Positions 8,843-18,506 are shown, numbered from the stretch's first letter. The stretch: DNA of 47,464 nucleotides from Clostridia bacterium (GCA_017398145.1 JAFQHD010000074.1:1-47464); one strand, 5' to 3'. Translations and numbers: made by a program. The notes: generated by a model not told the origin, from the sequence alone.

Positions 8843-9428
8843 ATTCAAATATCTTTCTTATACAACGGACAATGATATAGTCGGCGGAGCCATCGTCACG
8901 GACAAAGAGTGTAAGGTCGGATGCGGGATCGGATAATACTTCATAGGAGGCGGATTTTTTTCGCTGAATGTCGGATACGGTATATGAGAACTTAGCGCCT
9001 GTCATATCGGTGACGAAAATCTCGTTTCCGATATCAAGCTTCTTTAAGCAGTCGAACTGACCCTTTTGGTCATAGCCCCCTATTATAAGGGAGCTGTCGT
9101 AGGTGCTGCCCGAAAAACGCTGAGGGAGAGCGATAAGAGTCCGCTTGTTCCAATCAGCCGCAACAGGCAACTCTGTATCCGTCTGCGGTATGGAAAGCAA
9201 ACCTATAATATCTCTGCCGTCAAGCTCAAGAACCGGCATCTCCATAGAAAAAAACTCCTCGGGATTGCCAATGCTCTCGGGTGGCAAAAGCTCCTTTAGC
9301 TTTATCAGAGTGTCTGATACGTCAAGCTCTGCTCTAACCGAGGATATATGCCAATACAACATAAAGCCGAAGCTGACAAGTATAAGAAGAATACCGATAA
9401 TAATTATCAGTTTACCTGCCCTTCGCAT
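8841..9428 (-). CDS. Sortase-fold membrane protein lacking the catalytic His/Cys/Arg
   Basis: N-terminal TM helix, IGLLSIP..ELPV, LIIGGY (for IAGH), IGNEIFVTD..G..FSYTV, LTLFVR (for TLxTC), YIIVRC. Confidence 0.75.
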   Translation of the reverse strand: MRRAGKLIIIIGILLILVSFGFMLYWHISSVRAELDVSDTLIKLKELLPPESIGNPEEFFSMEMPVLELDGRDIIGLLSIPQTDTELPVAADWNKRTLIALPQRFSGSTYDSSLIIGGYDQKGQFDCLKKLDIGNEIFVTDMTGAKFSYTVSDIQRKKSASYEVLSDPASDLTLFVRDDGSADYIIVRCIRKIFE

Positions 9429-10365
9429 CGTCTTTTCTCCTCATACCAAAGCCTAAAACAACAAGCATCATTCCGGAAACACAGAGCATTATCATATAAC
9501 GCTTCATAGGAAATGTATCTCCGGTCTGAGGTGCGTTGGTACCGGGGGTAACAGGTTTACTCCCACCCGGTGTTCCGGTATCAGTTCCCGTATTCTTTCC
9601 CGGTGTTCCGTCATCGGGATTAGTGTTATAAAGGGTATTTGTAATAATAAAAGAGGTCTCCTTCTCTGTTATAACAACAAAATACCCTTCGGGAACATCC
9701 CTCTCCACGACCGTCCACTTTCCCGCAGAATCGGTATTGAAGGTATAGCTCCAATCGTTTTCAGAATCAAGAGTGACGGTTTCGTAAAGCTCTGCGTCCT
9801 TTAGTATATCTACGCTTATATAGGGAGGGCGTTGCTTGGAACTGTCATCCTTCCAGAGCTTAAGTATGGTATAAACTTTTTCACCGTCAAAGGGCTCGTG
9901 GATTTCCGATTTGGGTTTAGCGCTGATATCCTCGGCAACAAGGATCATAAAATCATAGAAATTAAAAGTTCTTCCCTCTTTCTCGGCCACCATACCCGAT
10001 ATCAGATAAAGCCCCTCGTCTATATCCTTGAACAGTACGTTTCCTTGTTCATCGGTCTTCGCGGTCATATAAGGCTCGATACGGTCAGCTTGAATATAAC
10101 TGTTCAAGGTCTGCGCAGTCTTAAGCCATTCGGTCTGTGAGGTGATCCCCTTAAGCTGCACGGGATAACTTTCGTAGGGAGGGAGTATGTCATAATTACG
10201 GTCTGCGATACGATAAATTGCTATATCAAGGTCAGAAAACTTAATATTTTCCTTGCTATAGTCAAGGCAAAGAGTATATTGCTCCTCTGCATAGACAGAA
10301 AAGGGTGCGGTCAATATAACCATACAGAAAACAACAGTTAAAAACCGTATGATACCGTTTTTCAT
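9412..10365 (-). CDS. Ancillary/basal pilin with prealbumin-like and CnaB domains
   Basis: Signal peptide, TDEQG..LF..I.EGLYLI, KLWKDD...RP, N.WSYTF, ITNT, G/T/P linker, APQTG sorting signal, TM helix and basic tail. Confidence 0.85.
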   Translation of the reverse strand: MKNGIIRFLTVVFCMVILTAPFSVYAEEQYTLCLDYSKENIKFSDLDIAIYRIADRNYDILPPYESYPVQLKGITSQTEWLKTAQTLNSYIQADRIEPYMTAKTDEQGNVLFKDIDEGLYLISGMVAEKEGRTFNFYDFMILVAEDISAKPKSEIHEPFDGEKVYTILKLWKDDSSKQRPPYISVDILKDAELYETVTLDSENDWSYTFNTDSAGKWTVVERDVPEGYFVVITEKETSFIITNTLYNTNPDDGTPGKNTGTDTGTPGGSKPVTPGTNAPQTGDTFPMKRYMIMLCVSGMMLVVLGFGMRRKDDAKGR

Positions 10366-10374
10366 ATTTTCCTC

Positions 10375-11223
10375 CTATTCGTCAAGACTTTCTTTCTTAA
10401 TGGGCTTAAACATAACGTATATCAGCGCTGCAAATATGATCGGCAGAGCCACAAAGGGTGTAACGATAAGGGCATCTATACGGTATGCCTCGTTTGCTAC
10501 GTAAAGTGTTCGCTTCTGCGAAGCATCTATCTGATGTCCGCGGACAAGCAGACGCTGTGTGTTGATACCGTAGGGAGTACAGGTAAGAAGGGTACAATAG
10601 TCCTTTCCCTCTTCTGCCTGCAAAAGGCTCGTATCGTCAGGCTCTACGATACGTATCTGATCCACCTCGTAGGTAAAGGTACGGTCAAGGATAGTAAAAT
10701 AAAAGGTATCTCCTATCTCCATACGGTCAAGATGTGTAAAGAGCGTAGCTGTGGGCAGACCTCGGTGTGCAGAGACAACAGAGTGTGTACCCTCACCACC
10801 TATGGGAAGTGCACTTCCCTGCATATGTCCCGCCGCAATGCTTAATACCGAATCTCCGGTACCGTGGTAGACGGGCATCTCCTGATTTATCTTTGGTACG
10901 GTGATATAACCCATCATACCTGTTCCGCTGACGTCAAGGGTCGCCCAGTATTCGCTCTCTATTGCCATGTATTCGTGAAGCGGAAAATCAAGCTCGTAAA
11001 GTGATCTATTATATCCGTTTGCCTTTTCAAATATAGCCGTAAAATCCTCGGGCTTATATGAGGAAAGCATCTTTTCGTAGTCGAGTATCGCTTCGCTCTG
11101 GGTCTTGGAGTTCCAGTAGCTGCTTAAAGTAGGATACAACAGCACGGATAAGCCTATGAAGAACACTACCAAAAGAATAATAGTGACCGCTTTTCCTTTT
11201 TTAGATTTTTTCTCTTTTTTCAT
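10375..11223 (-). CDS. srtC: Class C (pilin-polymerising) sortase
   Basis: SAHRG, TLLTCTPYGINTQRLLVRG, and N- and C-terminal TM helices. Confidence 0.95.
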   Translation of the reverse strand: MKKEKKSKKGKAVTIILLVVFFIGLSVLLYPTLSSYWNSKTQSEAILDYEKMLSSYKPEDFTAIFEKANGYNRSLYELDFPLHEYMAIESEYWATLDVSGTGMMGYITVPKINQEMPVYHGTGDSVLSIAAGHMQGSALPIGGEGTHSVVSAHRGLPTATLFTHLDRMEIGDTFYFTILDRTFTYEVDQIRIVEPDDTSLLQAEEGKDYCTLLTCTPYGINTQRLLVRGHQIDASQKRTLYVANEAYRIDALIVTPFVALPIIFAALIYVMFKPIKKESLDE

Positions 11224-11340
11224 ACGCTTGTCCCTGCTGTTCTATCGCAGGGACAGTATTTATACTGCCCCTGCCTCGAACAATATTAAATCGGTTACGG
11301 GAGGGGTAACCCCTCCCCTACGTTAACGGGTCGTACCCGC

Positions 11341-12846
11341 TTAGTCCTGAACCATGGACATTCTCTTCTTTGTTACAAGAACGACACCTGTACCGAGAAC
11401 TACTACAGCACCGATAGTGATGAAGAGAACTGTACCCATACCGCCTGTTTCGGGAAGCATGGAACCGGTCTTGTTAACTACGTGTACACCGGAACCGGTG
11501 GAGTAGATACCGTCGTTGAATATGGAATCAAGGTTCTTATCAGCAACGGTGAACTCCTTGCGTGCGGTGAGCTTGTTGTAACCTGCGGGAGCAACGGTCT
11601 CCTCGAGGTAGTAAACACCGTTGTCAAAGCCGACAACAGTAACCTTACCGTCCTTAACTACGATAGAAACACCGTCCTCGTCATCTCTTGCGCGGCGGTA
11701 CATGGGGTTGCCGTTATCGTCAAGCATGGGGGTTTCGTCATCAGACTCCATAAGAGGAACGACCTTGATCTCGTTGCCGCCTACAGCAGCATCGTAGATA
11801 CGGAACTCTGCACCGTCGAGAAGAAGGTTGGAGGAATCGGTCTTAACGATATCGATAGAGAAGGTATAGGTCGTGGTCTTGTCGTGAGTTGTAAAGTGAT
11901 CTTCACCGTACTCAAGGTAGGATTCGTTGGGGTTGCCTTCGGTAGTACCAACCTCAGCGTGACGGTTGAGCATTGCGTTGTAGTATACGAGGAGACGGTC
12001 GTTTGCCTTGAGAGTTGCAACGAACTCGTCAGCAAAGATAACCTCGAAGTCACAGTCATCACCGAACTCGGTTGTCTTAACTGTGTAATCCGTACCTGCA
12101 TTAAGTACGGTCTCAACACCTGCACTGTTTACGTGCTTGATCTCGGTAACACCTCTGCCCTCGTCAAGGTCATGAGTGAAGGTAAGACCCTCGGACATTG
12201 CGTCGTGGAGAACATAGTTCTCAGCACCTGCAGCAACGTGAATGATGGTCATAAAGTTTACTATCTGACCGATATCGGCGGTGTTAACGTCGCCCCACAT
12301 GCCTGTAAGGTCTTCCTGAACCTGCTTGTCAACGGTGGGAGTACCGTTCTTAGCGTTGATGGAAGCATCGGGGTCGGTGGTAGTAAGACCGCAAAGAGCG
12401 CCTGCAGTAGAGTCAACGAGGTACCAGCCGAGATTGAGGTTTGTGAACTTACCTACGTCTCCGGTAACTGCCATATCGCCGTCGTCAGAGGTCTTAACGG
12501 GGTCAATACCGTTAGCCTTGGCATAAGCGAGAGCCTTCTGTGCAAATGCAGCAACAGTAGCGTCATCCTCGCCTGCTACCCAGGTAACGTAGCCTGCTTC
12601 GTCGATGGTGATGTAAGCCTTGGCTTCATCGGTAGCAAAGTATGCTGTCCAAGCGCTGTTTACCTTGTAGGAATATGCACCGGACTGCTGGTTGTAGCTC
12701 TCGAGGTCGAGAAGCTGGTAGATGGCGTAGGAGGTATCCTCTGAAACGCCGTTGATGGTGATGCTGCCTTCGCCTGCTGCAAAAGTTGTCAGCGCCAGCG
12801 AGAAAACAAGCATAAGAGTGAGTGCGATAGAAACAAACTTTTTCAT
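11341..12846 (-). CDS. Backbone (major) pilin, SpaA/D2 isopeptide domains
   Basis: Signal peptide, pilin motif INAKN, E-box YYLEETVAPAGY, VVNKTGSMLPETGG, TM helix and KKR tail. Confidence 0.92.
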   Translation of the reverse strand: MKKFVSIALTLMLVFSLALTTFAAGEGSITINGVSEDTSYAIYQLLDLESYNQQSGAYSYKVNSAWTAYFATDEAKAYITIDEAGYVTWVAGEDDATVAAFAQKALAYAKANGIDPVKTSDDGDMAVTGDVGKFTNLNLGWYLVDSTAGALCGLTTTDPDASINAKNGTPTVDKQVQEDLTGMWGDVNTADIGQIVNFMTIIHVAAGAENYVLHDAMSEGLTFTHDLDEGRGVTEIKHVNSAGVETVLNAGTDYTVKTTEFGDDCDFEVIFADEFVATLKANDRLLVYYNAMLNRHAEVGTTEGNPNESYLEYGEDHFTTHDKTTTYTFSIDIVKTDSSNLLLDGAEFRIYDAAVGGNEIKVVPLMESDDETPMLDDNGNPMYRRARDDEDGVSIVVKDGKVTVVGFDNGVYYLEETVAPAGYNKLTARKEFTVADKNLDSIFNDGIYSTGSGVHVVNKTGSMLPETGGMGTVLFITIGAVVVLGTGVVLVTKKRMSMVQD

Positions 12847-12944
12847 GATTTTTACCTCTTTTCTTTGAAATTTTGTTTGTTGTTTCTTTGCTTTTTTGTT
12901 TTGGCGGGGAAGCTCCCCTGTCTAAGCGAATCTGAAATGAAGGT

Positions 12945-15900
12945 CTAAACAGTCCTCCTTTCCCGTCTGCGCTTAAACGTAATTATATATATCAGCGAAA
13001 CGAGCATTATGCCCGCACCGCACAACATATACGTCATGCGCGCCGAAGAGCCTGTTGAAGGAAGTATAGGCCCTGCGGTCCGATAAGTATTGGTGACTGT
13101 AACGGAATAGTTTGGAGGCGATGAGCCTGTCGAAGAAAGATCACCGTAGCTGACCATCCATTGATCTCTCATCTGTACTTCCTTTACAGAATAAATGATC
13201 ACGTTGCCGTCAGCATCCTCATACGGCAGACCTCTGAATGCTCCCTGCCAACCGTTTTTAAGGTTGAGGGTGAGGCTTCTGCCTGTATCAACACCGTTTG
13301 CAAGCAAACGGACCGTTACCTGTTGTTGCTCGTAAACACTCTCGTCCATATCGGGCGGGATAGACCAGTTCTTGTAAACTGTCACCGAGGTCTCCTTGTC
13401 AAGGGGTGTGTTTGTGACAACGAAGCCCTGACCCTCTATGGGAATGTTAGTGCTTACCGTTTCCTCGGTCAGAAGTGTCAGCGCCATAGCTCTGTTAGCC
13501 TGCGTGCCGTTCTCAAACTTCTGAGAGCTGTTGAGAGAGGAATACAAATAATAGTTGTTATATCTTAAGGTTACACCGCCGTTGCGGTTTTCAAATATGA
13601 AATACTGCTTACGGTTGTTATCCTCGATATGTTGATTTAATGCAAAGAAGTCGGTGGGAGAGCCGTTACCGTAATAGAAGGTAATGGTCTGTCCCGCAAG
13701 GTTGGTCAAACGCACGTTGTTACCGTTGACCGATGCCCTCCATTGGGCAAGGGATGAGGTCTTTGCCGTTTCCTCACTTACCCACATATAGCCTGTATCC
13801 TCGGCATACAGTTGAGTAGACAGAGCCTGTCCGCTTGAGTTACGAAGGATATAGACCTTGCCGTTCTCAAAGCGGTCTACGGTCCGCCACTGGGTTCTCG
13901 TTATTGCAAACTGTCCCTCGGCACTCTCTACGCTTGAGTAATATCCGCTTACGTAGGATTCCTCAACACCGTAGTTTATGAGGGTCTCACCGTCCTCTGC
14001 GTATTTGGGGAGATTTTCCCACTTGGCGTGCCATTCGGTATCGGCACTTAGCTTTGCCTCCTGCAGTCGCCGTACCGTACCGTCGGCATCTGTGACGGTC
14101 AGGTATACCGTTATCTCCTCATCCGAATGGTTGAGGGTATCATCCCAATATTTCATAACCTCAACAGAGGTGGTCTCCTTGACCCACTTTGGAGCGTTGG
14201 TAGCTATGATATAAGCGTTCTGTGTCTCGGCATCTATACGGAAGCCGTGAACGATAAATCCACCTGAAACTCCCGAGCCGTCGTCTAATATCTCTACGTT
14301 ATAGCTTGCCGTACCTACCTTGTCAAGGCTGGCACAGATGATACCGTTGGGAAGTCCGTAGTTCGGGTCATCCGGAGGCCTCGTCTCCTTGATATAGTAC
14401 ACGTTACCCGCGCCCATGCCCCACATATGTGCCACACCGTTTGTTACGGTGAAAACATTGGTAGCAGGGTCTTTACGGTCGTGGGATTCCTTGCTTACCC
14501 AAAGCTCGGCGGGTATTGTACATTCTCTGTCGGTATATACCGAGAACTGAGCACCGTTGAGCACGTTCTTGGTAAGAACATCCTCTTTTTCTATACTGAA
14601 GGAGAAGCGGGGTGCAAGATTGAAGTATATAGCACAGTTTGACATAGAGCTTCCTCGCTCCATATAGTAGAGGGTAAGCTTATGCTCGCCTGCGCTTATA
14701 GTCTGGAGCGCTCGGCTGAGAGCATCGTTTCTGACACCGTTTATGGTAACCGTACCTGTGGAGAAGTTGATATCACCCGTCTCACATCCGTGCAGACCGC
14801 CAAGGTCAAGGACAAGAGTATCGTCTACAAATATCCATACGTCATCGTCGCCTGTAAAGCGGAAGTGCATATCCGCACCGTAGATGTCCTTGTTACCGTA
14901 CTCACCGTTCGGGGTACGCGCTCCGGGAGCAAGAGGAATATAGAAGTCAACCTCAACGCTCATACCAAACCAGAAGTTAGCCCCTATATTATTGGTGCTG
15001 TTGTTGTTGTCGTTATAACGGCTGTCGTACATATAGTGGGTAGTGCCCACGTATTCGCCCTCGATACCTTCGTAGTTATAGTTTACGGGATTCTTGCCGT
15101 TAGAGTTTGCATAGGGTGAGTTAAAGGGTAAGAAATCGGAGTATTTACCCTCGTCACCGTTGTTTATCGAGTCACGGGTCGCCTCAAGATATTCATATAC
15201 GTAGAAACGCCCGTCACTCTGATTATATGAAGCGGCATTACGCTCCGAGTTGTAGTAATAATATCCGAAATGCTCGTGACTTTGGTCAAGACAGAGCTGG
15301 AAAAGGTGGTCCGCCTCTCCGATATAGGTCTTACCCGGCAGGATAAGGTCAGGGTCGAAGAAGGTGTCTCTTATCGCATCCGTATAAAGTCCCGGATAGA
15401 CATTTCCCGCTTCGGTGGGATTGTTGATATCGTTATGGTTGTTAGGATAGGAGATGTCCTCATTTCCTCTGTCCCAGTCACGCAGTATAAAGTTAAAGGT
15501 CTCATTTCCGTTATAGGGGTTACGTCCCGAGGTGATAAGATTCCAGGTCTCGGAGTGGCTGTTATTGTTGACGGTAACATTGACGTTCTCTGACAGCAGA
15601 TTAAGGAGCACTCCGTAGTCAACGAGCTTTGTGGTTACAAAACTGTTGGTGCTGACCGTTTCAGCAACCTGAGAATTGAACACGCCTACGTCATAGCTTG
15701 CCGCCTGCCAGTCGGCGTAGAACACCGTGTTGCCCGTTATGACTACCTCGTCGCCGGGAGCGTAGTATTTGTTATTTACAATGTCGTACCAGCCCTTGAG
15801 TACATATGCGTACTTATCCGGAGACTTCCAGCTTGTGGGAAGGGTCATTACCGAGTCGGTATATACCGTGTAGCTTCGGTCGTCTGAACCGCCCAGGCTC

Positions 15901-17522
15901 ATAATTCCGCCGTTCGTACCGTCAAGCCATACGGTACAGGGAGTAGACTGACCTATCTTAAAGGTCACGTTCTGATTTGAAGTTCGGGTCATGAAGAATC
16001 TTTGGTTTGCAGCATCAAATCCGATATAAGCCGAATGACTGAATCTGACGGCACCGTTAGTACCCGTGACCGTTGTTCCCCATCTGCCGGGGGTGGTGAT
16101 GCCGTTGTCGCTTCCCGAGTTATAGAAGGGATGCAGATAACGTCCTGTAGCTACGTTCTGAATTGCGCTCGAGCTGTTGTTATACCGTGAGAAGGTCCAG
16201 AGCAGGGTCTCGGGGTTCTCGATATCTGTATATACCTTACCTCCGTCTATGTACACGGGAACCGCGTTACCCGTGCCGTCTATGGCATAGGCAGCTCCGT
16301 TATACTCGGTATAAAGGACGAAACGGTTGGAGCTTGTCAGCATAGAGCTGTTATAGCTTGTCACCGCACCGATAGTTGTTGTAGCCCTCGGAGCCGCGAA
16401 CACCGCCGCAAACTCAGAGGTCTCGGGGATGATACCGTAGCCTAATATCTCGCTTGAATCTATGGGATACATAACCTCGGCAACGGTTCTGTCAATATCT
16501 CCCTCAATAACTATTATCTCTGTGTCACTTACAGATTCTATTATCGCCACCGCGTTGGCTGTAACCCCGTCCCCTTCCTTAGAAAGGAATAGGATATCAC
16601 CCGCCATAGGTGAAAATTCATCCCGGGGTATATAAAGTCCCTCTGCCTCCCAAGCCAAACGAAGCGACTCGGGACCCGCGTTTGTGGGAAGGTCATCTGC
16701 ACCCCCGTAGTTCATACAGAACATCACGAACATCGATGACCAATCTCCGTAGGGGTTACCGTACCATTGTCCGTATCTGGTTATACCTCTGCGTTCTCCG
16801 TCCAAGCCTACCTCGAAGTTGACGGTGCTTTCGGTATAGCCTAACTGGCTTCTTGCTATCAACAGAATGTTTTCGGCGGTGGAACTGCCTGTATCTACAT
16901 CGGCAATGATCTTTTTCCAATCCTCTTCTGTCTCAAGATCAGCTTTGATATTACTGTAGCAGCTCTCGGTATGTATATGCTCGCCCCTCTGACACATCAC
17001 GATAGAACCGTAACAGTTCTCAGTGTGAACGTGGGGCTCGTTTTCTTCAAGAGTACAGGCAAGAGCGAAACTTTGACATTCCTCTGTGTGGGTATGTCCG
17101 CCGCTTTCCTCGAGCCCACAGACAAGTCCGGTGCTTTGGCACGCCTCGGTATGGATGTGATCTTGATCTTCCTCAAATCCGCAAACGAAACAGCTACCGT
17201 AACACTCCTCAGTATGAGTATGACCTTCGATCTCTTCAAGACCGCAGGTATACTCAGCAGTGTAACACCCCTCACCGTGAACGTGACCCGTATTCTCCTT
17301 TTGTGTACAGATAAGCAGGCTGACGTTGCATTCCTCGCCGTGAACGTGCTCGTCGATACCGCAGAACGCCTCACCCGCAAGGGTTATACCGGTAAGCTTA
17401 AGGTACCAGAAAACACCCAGCACAACAATGAAGGAAAGACAGACGGCTGCACTTGCCAAGCTGAATTTTATCTGCTTGTTTTGTTTTATTCTCCGCAAAT
17501 ATTGTGTAGTATTCTCTCGCAT
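12945..17522 (-). CDS. Large pilus tip adhesin: His/Cys repeats, CHAP-like domain, InlB-B-type repeat, fibro-slime/PA14-like domain, CnaB domains, LPSTG anchor
   Basis: 7x HxHxxxC repeats; ARSQLGY..RYGQWYG..GDWSSMFV; LKGWY..FYADW; FTGDDDVWIFVDDTLVLDLGGLH; KYWDD and KNW CnaB starts; LPSTG followed by TM helix and basic tail. Confidence 0.85.
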   Translation of the reverse strand: MRENTTQYLRRIKQNKQIKFSLASAAVCLSFIVVLGVFWYLKLTGITLAGEAFCGIDEHVHGEECNVSLLICTQKENTGHVHGEGCYTAEYTCGLEEIEGHTHTEECYGSCFVCGFEEDQDHIHTEACQSTGLVCGLEESGGHTHTEECQSFALACTLEENEPHVHTENCYGSIVMCQRGEHIHTESCYSNIKADLETEEDWKKIIADVDTGSSTAENILLIARSQLGYTESTVNFEVGLDGERRGITRYGQWYGNPYGDWSSMFVMFCMNYGGADDLPTNAGPESLRLAWEAEGLYIPRDEFSPMAGDILFLSKEGDGVTANAVAIIESVSDTEIIVIEGDIDRTVAEVMYPIDSSEILGYGIIPETSEFAAVFAAPRATTTIGAVTSYNSSMLTSSNRFVLYTEYNGAAYAIDGTGNAVPVYIDGGKVYTDIENPETLLWTFSRYNNSSSAIQNVATGRYLHPFYNSGSDNGITTPGRWGTTVTGTNGAVRFSHSAYIGFDAANQRFFMTRTSNQNVTFKIGQSTPCTVWLDGTNGGIMSLGGSDDRSYTVYTDSVMTLPTSWKSPDKYAYVLKGWYDIVNNKYYAPGDEVVITGNTVFYADWQAASYDVGVFNSQVAETVSTNSFVTTKLVDYGVLLNLLSENVNVTVNNNSHSETWNLITSGRNPYNGNETFNFILRDWDRGNEDISYPNNHNDINNPTEAGNVYPGLYTDAIRDTFFDPDLILPGKTYIGEADHLFQLCLDQSHEHFGYYYYNSERNAASYNQSDGRFYVYEYLEATRDSINNGDEGKYSDFLPFNSPYANSNGKNPVNYNYEGIEGEYVGTTHYMYDSRYNDNNNSTNNIGANFWFGMSVEVDFYIPLAPGARTPNGEYGNKDIYGADMHFRFTGDDDVWIFVDDTLVLDLGGLHGCETGDINFSTGTVTINGVRNDALSRALQTISAGEHKLTLYYMERGSSMSNCAIYFNLAPRFSFSIEKEDVLTKNVLNGAQFSVYTDRECTIPAELWVSKESHDRKDPATNVFTVTNGVAHMWGMGAGNVYYIKETRPPDDPNYGLPNGIICASLDKVGTASYNVEILDDGSGVSGGFIVHGFRIDAETQNAYIIATNAPKWVKETTSVEVMKYWDDTLNHSDEEITVYLTVTDADGTVRRLQEAKLSADTEWHAKWENLPKYAEDGETLINYGVEESYVSGYYSSVESAEGQFAITRTQWRTVDRFENGKVYILRNSSGQALSTQLYAEDTGYMWVSEETAKTSSLAQWRASVNGNNVRLTNLAGQTITFYYGNGSPTDFFALNQHIEDNNRKQYFIFENRNGGVTLRYNNYYLYSSLNSSQKFENGTQANRAMALTLLTEETVSTNIPIEGQGFVVTNTPLDKETSVTVYKNWSIPPDMDESVYEQQQVTVRLLANGVDTGRSLTLNLKNGWQGAFRGLPYEDADGNVIIYSVKEVQMRDQWMVSYGDLSSTGSSPPNYSVTVTNTYRTAGPILPSTGSSARMTYMLCGAGIMLVSLIYIITFKRRRERRTV
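16956..17363 (-). repeat. Seven ~21-aa Cys/His repeats (C..EE...HxH...C) in the adhesin N-terminus
   Basis: HVH, HVH, HTH, HIH, HTH, HVH and HIH, each flanked by Cys residues. Confidence 0.9.
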
Positions 17523-17558
17523 CCGTCTCCTCCTTCCTTTGATTTTTGTTCTATCCGA

Positions 17559-18155
17559 CTATGCCATCCACTCAATGCCTGACAAAGGCCATATCTTGCA
17601 CCATATCTTACCTACGATTTGATCATCCGCTATACATCCTATGGTACTGCTTCGGCTGTCAATAGAGGTCTCTCTGTGGTCTCCCATCATAAAATATGAA
17701 TTCTCGGGAACCTGATACGGAAATTCCACGTCGCACTCACCGAGCGCTTTTTCACTGATATAAGGCTCATCAAGAGGCTCACCGTTCAAATATACGGTAC
17801 CGTCCTCCTCTATCCAAAGGTAATCACCCGGTGCTCCTATGATACGTTTGATAAGAATTTTGTTCGAATAATAAAAAGCACACAGATCACCGGTTTCAAG
17901 CCTGTTAGTCTTAACCAGCAGAACCAGATCACCTTCGTTCAGGCTTGGTTCCATACTGTTGCCTGCTATTTGCAAAACAGGAAAGACCAGTGTAGCTATC
18001 AACGCCGCAATGGCAGCTACCACTATCAATGCGTTCACCGTGCTTCTCAACAGCCTTCTGAATCGTCGCTTATACCGTTCGTGCTTCAGCTCGGTCTGTA
18101 ATGCTTCCAGTTGAGGAAAATCCTGCTCCGTGTTTTTTTCTTTCTGTTTTTTCAT
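17559..18155 (-). CDS. lepB: Signal peptidase I (S26), pilus-locus copy
   Basis: TM helix, GNSMEP (Ser), IKRIIG (Lys), GDHRETSIDSR. Confidence 0.92.
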   Translation of the reverse strand: MKKQKEKNTEQDFPQLEALQTELKHERYKRRFRRLLRSTVNALIVVAAIAALIATLVFPVLQIAGNSMEPSLNEGDLVLLVKTNRLETGDLCAFYYSNKILIKRIIGAPGDYLWIEEDGTVYLNGEPLDEPYISEKALGECDVEFPYQVPENSYFMMGDHRETSIDSRSSTIGCIADDQIVGKIWCKIWPLSGIEWMA

Positions 18156-18173
18156 TTCTCTATGATTTCTTTC

Positions 18174-18506
18174 TTATTTTCTGTTGCCCTCTGCCTTCGC
18201 TTTTTCCTTCGCATCACGAATGATTGCATCAGCTTTTTCATTTGCTCTTTTGATAATATTCTTGGCACGTTTTTTGGCGGAACTTAAATATATATCCGCC
18301 GTCATCTGCGCTGCATTCAAAACACCGCTTATCTGAAGTGCCGCCTCTGCTACCGAACCTAAATCCGCAATGCGGTATGTTTCAATGGCACGGTTCGCCT
18401 TCTTTTCTGCCAAAGAGCTTCTCAATTTTTCATTCTCCTCGGTTTCGATAATCAACAGCTCAAAAAGCTGAAGACGGCTAAGTTTTTTCAATTCTTTTTC
18501 AGTCAA
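18174..18506 (-). CDS. Small coiled-coil hypothetical protein heading the pilus operon (DivIVA/GpsB-like character)
   Basis: TTG start at 18506 after a GAGGTGG RBS; TEKELKKLSRLQLFELL, GSVAEAALQISGV..AAQ.TADIYL and an Ala/Lys heptad tail. Confidence 0.65.
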   Translation of the reverse strand: MTEKELKKLSRLQLFELLIIETEENEKLRSSLAEKKANRAIETYRIADLGSVAEAALQISGVLNAAQMTADIYLSSAKKRAKNIIKRANEKADAIIRDAKEKAKAEGNRK

